DNA of 64,000 nt from Antedon mediterranea. Its lineage: Eukaryota > Animalia > Echinodermata. Below, one piece after another: positions 55,810-64,000 of the stretch (position 1 is the first letter of the stretch; every line of letters starts with the position of its first letter). The notes beneath the pieces were generated by a model. That model made no database searches, had not been told where the DNA came from, and worked only from the letters and a program-made list of their open reading frames with translations. The stretch lies in contig NC_092675.1 in assembly GCF_964355755.1 (NCBI RefSeq), forward strand, positions 12,953,812 through 13,017,811, written 5' to 3'. Made by a program: the position numbers and the translations under genes.

Positions 55810-58800
55810 AATATCGTATTTAAAAACTTTTTAGACCATTTTGAGCATTTCGACAAAACTTTTTCACACAAAACACCAAAGTGCTTAGAATAGCTTCAAA
55901 TCGCATTTGGAGACGTTTTAGACCATTTTGTGATTTTCGAAAAAAATTGTTAACATAAAAACATCAAAGTGTACAGAATAGCTTCAAATCGCATTTGGAG
56001 ACCGTTTTAGGCCAATTTGTGATTTTCGAAAAAACTTGTTAACCTAAAAATACCAAAGTGTTTAGAATAGCTTCAAATGGCATTTGGAGACGTTTTAGAC
56101 CATTTTGTGATTTTCGAAAAAACTTGTTAACATAAAAACACCAAAGTGCTTAGAATAGCTTCAAATCGCATTTGGAGACATTTTAGACCAATTTGTGATT
56201 TTCGAAAAAACTTATCAACATAAAAACACCAAAGGGTTTAGAATATCTTCAAATCGCATTTGGAGACGTTTTAGACCATTTTGTGATTTTCGAAAAAACT
56301 TGTTAACATAAAAACACCAAAGTGCTTAGAATAGCTTCAAATCGCATTTGGAGACGTTTTAGACCAATTTGTGATTTTCGAAAAAACTTATCAACATAAA
56401 AACACCAAAGGGTTTAGAATAGCTTCATTTGGAGACGTTTTAGACCATTTTGTGATTTTGAAAAAACTTGTTAACATAAAAACACCAAAGTGCTTAGAAT
56501 AGCTTCAAATCGCATTTGGAGACGTTTTAGACCATTTTGTGATTTTCGAAAAAACTTGTTAACATAAAAACACCAAAGTGCTTAGAATAGCTTCAAATCG
56601 TATTTGGAGACGTTTTAGACCATTTTGAGATTTTCGAAAAAACTTGGTTACACAAAAACATCAAAGTGCTTAAAATCACATTATAAACCGTTTTAGACCA
56701 TTTTGAACATTTCGATAACACTTTTCACACAAAAACATCAAAGAGCACAAAATAGCTTAATATCGTATTTAAAAACGTTTTAGACCATTTTGAGCATTTC
56801 GACAAAACTTTTTCACACAAAACACCAAAGTGCTTAGAATAGCTTCAAATCGCATTTGGAGACGTTTTAGACCAATTTGTGATTTTCGAAAAAACTTTTT
56901 AACATAAAAACACCAAAGTGCTTAGAATAGCTTCAAATCACATTTGGAGACGTTTTAGACCATTTTGTGATTTTCGAAAAAACTTGTTAACATAAAAACA
57001 CGAAAGTGCTTAGAATATCTTCAAATCGCATTTGGAAACGTTTTAGACCATTTTGTGATTTTCGAAAAAAATTGTTAACATAAAAACACCAAAGTGCTTA
57101 GAATCACATTATAAACCGTTTTAGACCATTTTGAGCATTTCGATAACAATTTTCACACAAAAACATCAAAGAGCACAAAATAGCTTAATATCGTATTTAA
57201 AAATGTTTTAGACCATTTTGAGCATTTAGATAAAACTTTTTCACACAAAACACCAAAGTGCTTAGAATAGCTTCAAATCGCATTTGGAGACGTTTTAGAC
57301 CATTTTGTGATTTTTGAAAAAACTTGTTAACATAAAAACACCAAAGTGTTAGAATAGCTTCAAATCACATTTGGAGACGTTTCAGACCATTTTGTGATTT
57401 TCGAAAAAACTTGTTAACATAAAAACACGAAAGTGCTTAGAATAGCTTCAAATCGAATTTGGAAACGTTTTAGACCATTTTGTGATTTTCGAAAAAACTT
57501 GTTAACATAAAAACACGAAAGTGCTTAGAATAGCTTCAAATCGCATTTGGAAACGTTTTAGACCATTTTGTGATTTTCGAAAAAAATTGTTAACATAAAA
57601 ACACCAAAGTGTTTAGAATAGCTTCAAATCGCATTTGGAGACGTTTTAGACCAATTTGTGATTTTCGAAAAAACTTATCAACATAAAAACACCAAATCGC
57701 ATTTGGAGACGTTTTAGACCATTTTGGGATTTTGAAAAAACTTGTTAACATAAAAACACCAAAGTGCTTAGAATAGCTTCAAATCGCATTTGGAGACGTT
57801 TTAGACCATTTTGTGATTTTCGAAAAAACTTGTTAACATAAAAACACCAAAGTGCTTAGAATAGCTTCAAATCGTATTTGGAGACGTTTTAGACCATTTT
57901 GAGATTTTCGAAAAAACTTGGTTACACAAAAACATCAAAGTGCTTAAAATCACATTATAAACCGTTTTAGACCATTTTGAGAATTTCGATAACACTTTTC
58001 ACACAAAAACATCAAAGAGCACAAAATAGCTTAATATCGTATTTAAAAACGTTTTAGACCATTTTGAGCATTTCGACAAAACTTTTTCACACAAAACACC
58101 AAAGTGCTTAGAATAGCTTCAAATCGCATTTGGAGACGTTTTAGACCAATTTGTGCATTTCGATGAAACTTGATTACACAAAAACATCAAAGTGCTTAAA
58201 ATCACATTATAAACCGTTTTAGACCATTTTGAGCATTTCGATAACACTTTTCACACAAAAACATCAAAGAGCACAAAATAGCTTAATATCGTATTTAAAA
58301 ACGTTTTAGACCATTTTGAGCATTTAGACAAAACTTTTTCACACAAAACACCAAAGTGCTTAGAATAGCTTCAAATCGCATTTGGAGACGTTTTAGACCA
58401 TTTTGTGCATTTCGATGAAACTTGGTTACACAAAAACATCAAAGTGCTTAAAATCACATTATAAATCGTTTTAGACCATTTTGAGCATTTCGACAAAACT
58501 TTTTCACACAAAATACCAAAGTGCTTAGAATAGCTTCAAATCGCATTTGGAGACGTTTTAGACCATTTTGTGATTTTCGAAAAAACTTTTTAACATAAAA
58601 ACACCAAAGTGCTTAGAATAGCTTCAAATCACATTTGGAGACATTTTAGACCATAAGTGCTTAGAATCACATTATAAACCGTTTTAGACCATTTTGAGCA
58701 TTTCGATAACAATTTTCACACAAAAACATCAAAGAGCACAAAATAGCTTAATATCGTATTTAAAAATGTTTTAGACCATTTTGAGCATTTAGATAAAACT

Positions 58801-61800
58801 TTTTCACACAAAACACCAAAGTGCTTAGAATAGCTTCAAATCGCATTTGGAGACGTTTTAGACCAATTTGTGATTTTTGAAAAAACTTGTTAACATAAAA
58901 ACACCAAAGTGCTTAGAATAGCTTCAAATCACATTTGGAGACGTTTTAGACCATTTTGTGATTTTGAACAAACTTGTTAACATAAAAACACCAAAGTGCT
59001 TAGAATAGCTTCAAATCGTATTTGGAGACGTTTTAGACCATTTTGAGATTTTCGAAAAAACTTGGTTACACAAAAACATCAAAGTGCTTAAAATCACATT
59101 ATAAACCGTTTTAGACCATTTTGAGCATTTCGATAACACTTTTCACACAAAAACATCAAAGAGCACAAAATAGCTTAATATCGTATTTAAAAACGTTTTA
59201 GACCATTTTGAGCATTTCGACAAAACTTTTTCACACAAAACACCAAAGTGCTTAGAATAGCTTCAAATCGCATTTGGAGACGTTTTAGACCAATTTGTGC
59301 ATTTCGATGAAACTTGATTACACAAAAACATCAAAGTGCTTAAAATCACATTATAAACCGTTTTAGACCATTTTGAGCATTTCGATAACACTTTTCACAC
59401 AAAAACATCAAAGAGCACAAAATAGCTTAATATCGTATTTAAAAACGTTTTAGACCATTTTGAGCATTTAGACAAAACTTTTTCACACAAAACACCAAAG
59501 TGCTTAGAATAGCTTCAAATCGCATTTGGAGACGTTTTAGACCATTTTGTGCATTTCGATGAAACTTGGTTACACAAAAACATCAAAGTGCTTAAAATCA
59601 CATTATAAATCGTTTTAGACCATTTTGAGCATTTCGACAAAACTTTTTCACACAAAATACCAAAGTGCTTAGAATAGCTTCAAATCGCATTTGGAGACGT
59701 TTTAGACCATTTTGTGATTTTCGAAAAAACTTTTTAACATAAAAACACCAAAGTGCTTAGAATAGCTTCAAATCACATTTGGAGACATTTTAGACCATTT
59801 TGTGATTTTCGAAAAAACTTGTTAACATAAAAACACGAAAGTGCTTAGAATAGCTTCAAATCGCATTTGGAAACGTTTTAGACCATTTTGTGATTTTCCA
59901 AAAAAATTGTTAACATAAAAACACCAAAGTGCTTAGAATCACATTATAAACCGTTTTAGACCATTTTGAGCATTTCGATAACAATTTTCACACAAAAACA
60001 TCAAAGAGCACAAAATAGCTTAATATCGTATTTAAAAATGTTTTAGACCATTTTGAGCATTTAGATAAAACTTTTTCACACAAAACACCAAAGTGCTTAG
60101 AATAGCTTCAAATCGCATTTGGAGACGTTTTAGACCATTTTGTGAATTTTGAAAAAACTTGTTAACATAAAAACACCAAAGTGCTTAGAATAGCTTCAAA
60201 TCACATTTGGAGACGTTTTAGACCATTTTGTGATTTTCGAAAAAACTTGTTAACATAAAAACACGAAAGTGCTTAGAATAGCTTCAAATCGCATTTGGAA
60301 ACGTTTTAGACCATTTTGTGATTTTCGAAAAAACTTGTTAACATAAAAACACGAAAGTGCTTAGAATAGCTTCAAATCGCATTTGGAAACGTTTTAGACC
60401 ATTTTGTGATTTTCGAAAAAACTTGTTAACATAAAAACACGAAAGTGCTTAGAATAGCTTCAAATCGCATTTGGAAACGTTTTAGACCATTTTGTGATTT
60501 TCGAAAAAAATTGTTAACATAAAAACACCAAAGTGTTTAGAATAGCTTCAAATCGCATTTGGAGACGTTTTAGACCAATTTGTGATTTTCGAAAAAACTT
60601 ATCAACATAAAAACACCAAAGGGTTTAGAATAGCTTCAAATCGCATTTGGAGACGTTTTAGACCATTTTGTGATTTTGAAAAAACTTGTTAACATAAAAA
60701 CACCAAAGTGCTTAGAATAGCTTCAAATCGCATTTGGAGACGTTTTAGACCATTTTGTGATTTTCGAAAAAACTTGTTAACATAAAAACACCAAATTGCT
60801 TAGAATAGCTTCAAATCGTATTTGGAGACGTTTTAGACCATTTTGAGATTTTTGAAAAAACTTGGTTACACAAAAACATCAAAGTGCTTAAAATCACATT
60901 ATAAACCGTTTTAGACCATTTTGAGCATTTCGGTAACACTTTTCACACAAAAACATCAAAGAGCACAAAATAGCTTAATATCGTATTTAAAAACGTTTTA
61001 GACCATTTTGAGCATATAGACAAAACTTTTTCACACAAAACACCAAAGTGCTTAGAATAGCTTCAAATCGCATTTGGAGACGTTTTAGACCATTTTGTGC
61101 ATTTCGATGAAACTTGGTTACACAAAAACATCAAAGTGCTTAAAATCACATTATAAATCGTTTTAGACCATTTTGAGCATTTCGACAAAACTTTTTCACA
61201 CAAAATACCAAAGTGCTTAGAATAGCTTCAAATCGCATTTGGAGACGTTTTAGACCATTTTGTGATTTTCGAAAAAACTTTTTAACATAAAAACACCAAA
61301 GTGCTTAGAATAGCTTCAAATCACATTTGGAGACGTTTTAGACCATAAGTGCTTAGAATCACATTATAAACCGTTTTAGACCATTTTGAGCATTTCGATA
61401 ACAATTTTCACACAAAAACATCAAAGAGCACAAAATAGCTTAATATCGTATTTAAAAATGTTTTAGACCATTTTGAGCATTTAGATAAAACTTTTTCACA
61501 CAAAACACCAAAGTGCTTAGAATAGCTTCAAATCGCATTTGGAGACGTTTTAGACCATTTTGTGATTTTTGAAAAAACTTGTTAACATAAAAACACCAAA
61601 GTGCTTAGAATAGCTTCAAATCACATTTGGAGACGTTTTAGACCATTTTGTGATTTTCGAAAAAACTTGTTAACATAAAAACACGAAAGTGCTTAGAATA
61701 GCTTCAAATCGCATTTGGAAACGTTTTAGACCATTTAGTGATTTTCGAAAAAACTTGTTAACATAAAAACACGAAAGTGCTTAGAATAGCTTCAAATTGC

Positions 61801-64000
61801 ATTTGGAAACGTTTTAGACCATTTTGTGATTTTCGAAAAAAATTGTTAACATAAAAACACCAATGTGCTTAGAATCACATTATAAACCGTTTTAGACCAT
61901 TTTGAGCATTTCGATAACAATTTTCACACAAAAACATCAAAGAGCACAAAATAACTTAATATCGTATTTATAAATGTTTTAGACCATTTTGAGCATTTCG
62001 ACAAAACTTTTTCACACAAAACACCAAAGTGCTTAGAATAGCTTCAAATCGCATTTGGAGACGTTTTAGACCATTTTGTGATTTCGATGAAACTTGATTA
62101 CACAAAAACATCAAAGTGCTTAAAATCACATTATAAACCGTTTTAGACCATTTTGAGCATTTCGATAACACTTTTCACACAAAAACATCAAAGAGCAAAA
62201 AATAGCTTAATATCGTATTTAAAAACGTTTTAGACCATTTTGAGCATTTAGACAAAACTTTTTCACACAAAACACCAAAGTGCTTAGAATAGCTTCAAAT
62301 TGCATTTGGAGACGTTTTAGAACATTTTGTGTTTTTCGAAAAAAACTGTTAACATAAAAACACCAAAGTGCTTAGAATAGCTTCAAATCGCATTTGGAGA
62401 CGTTTTAGAACATTTTGTGTTCTTCGAAAAAACCTGTTAACATAAAAACACCAAAGTGCTTAGAATAGCTTCAAATCGCATTTGGAGACGTTTTAGACCA
62501 TTTTGTGATTTTTGAAAAAACTTGTTAACATAAAAACACCAAAGTGCTTAGAATAGCTTCAAATCACATTTGGAGACGTTTTAGACCATTTTGTGATTTT
62601 CGAAAAAACTTGTTAACATAAAAACACGAAAGTGCTTAGAATAGCTTCAAATCGCATTTGGAAACGTTTTAGACCATTTTGTGATTTTCGAAAAAGATTG
62701 TTAACATAAAAACACCAAAGTGCTTAGAATCACAATATAAACCGTTTTAGACCATTTTGAGCATTTCGATAACAATTTTCACACAAAAACATCAAAGAGC
62801 ACAAAATAGCTTAATATCGTATTTAAAAATGTTTTAGACCATTTTGAGCATTTAGATAAAATTTTTCACACAAAACACCAAAGTGCTTAGAATAGCTTTA
62901 AATCGCATTTGGAGACGGTTTAGACCATTTTGTGATTTTGAAAAAACTTGTTAACATAAAAACACCAAAGTGCTTAGAATAGCTTCAAATCGTATTTGGA
63001 GACGTTTTAGACCATTTTGAGATTTTCGAAAAAACTTGGTTACACAAAAACATCAAAGTGCTTAAAATCACATTATAAACCGTTTTAGACCATTTTGAAC
63101 ATTTCGATAACACTTTTCACACAAAAACATCAAAGAGCACAAAATAGCTTAATATCGTATTTAAAAACGTTTTAGACCATTTTGAGCATTTCGACAAAAC
63201 TTTTTCACACAAAACACCAAAGTGCTTAGAATAGCTTCAAATCGCATTTGGAGACGTTTTAGACCAATTTGTGCATTTCGATGAAACTTGATTACACAAA
63301 AACATCAACGTGCTTAAAATCACATTATAAACCGTTTTAGACCATTTTGAGCATTTCGATAACACTTTTCACACAAAAACATCAAAGAGCACAAAATAGC
63401 TTAATATCGTATTTAAAAACGTTTTAGACCATTTTGAGCATTTAGACAAAACTTTTTCACACAAAACACCAAAGTGCTTAGAATAGCTTCAAATCGCATT
63501 TGGAGACGTTTTAGACCATTTTGTGCATTTCGATGAAACTTGGTTACACAAAAACATCAAAGTGCTTAAAATCACATTATAAATCGTTTTAGACCATTTT
63601 GAGCATTTCGACAAAACTTTTTCACACAAAATACCAAAGGGCTTAGAATAGCTTCAAATCGCATTTGGAGACGTTTTAGACCATTTTGTGATTTTCGAAA
63701 AAACTTTTTAACATAAAAAGACCAAAGTGCTTAGAATAGCTTCAAATCACATTTGGAGACGTTTTAGACCATTTTGTGATTTTCGAAAAAACTTGTTAAC
63801 ATAAAAACACGAAAGTGCTTAGAATAGCTTCAAATCGCATTTGGAAACGTTTTAGACCATTTTGTGATTTTCGAAAAAAATTGTTAACATAAAAACACCA
63901 AAGTGCTTAGAATCACATTATAAACCGTTTTAGACCATTTTGAGCATTTCGATAACAATTTTCACACAAAAACATCAAAGAGCACAAAATAGCTTAATAT

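Larger units (their letters stand above)
2969..64000 (+). repeat. Tandem satellite array (88-bp monomer family), uninterrupted for 61 kb; possibly centromeric or pericentromeric heterochromatin
   Basis: Consensus monomer A, e.g. 6081-6168: CAAAGTGCTTAGAATAGCTTCAAATCGCATTTGGAGACGTTTTAGACCATTTTGTGATTTTCGAAAAAACTTGTTAACATAAAAACAC. I saw no unique sequence and no inversion. Chromosomal location is inference only. Confidence 0.98.

Noticed and set aside
1-64000. CRISPR array interpretation
   Set aside because: There are no unique spacers; the whole 78-88-bp unit repeats, and there are no cas genes.

Overview
The window has no genes. It is an AT-rich eukaryotic tandem satellite array (about 32% GC in the main monomer; roughly 730-740 monomers by estimate), with all units head-to-tail in one orientation. 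The basic unit is an 88-bp monomer (A). Related 78-bp (B) and 87-bp (C, D) variants form a fixed 252-bp B-C-D cassette between variable runs of A. Shared private variants show duplication at several scales: a 1.7-1.9-kb tandem triplication, and multi-kb blocks repeated at offsets of about 15-21 kb and about 50 kb. The only non-satellite DNA is a 1054-bp non-autonomous piggyBac-like transposon at 1915-2968. It has a TTAA target-site duplication, perfect 14-bp terminal inverted repeats (TIRs) and a duplicated palindromic subterminal module, and three empty paralogues of its insertion site lie in the same window. The supplied ORFs appear spurious. I found no evidence for a novel gene system. The best leads are the transposon end architecture, TIR-like words in the satellite, and the 10-bp-phased monomer whose fixed deletions are mostly 10 or 20 bp. 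All counts and offsets were read by eye.
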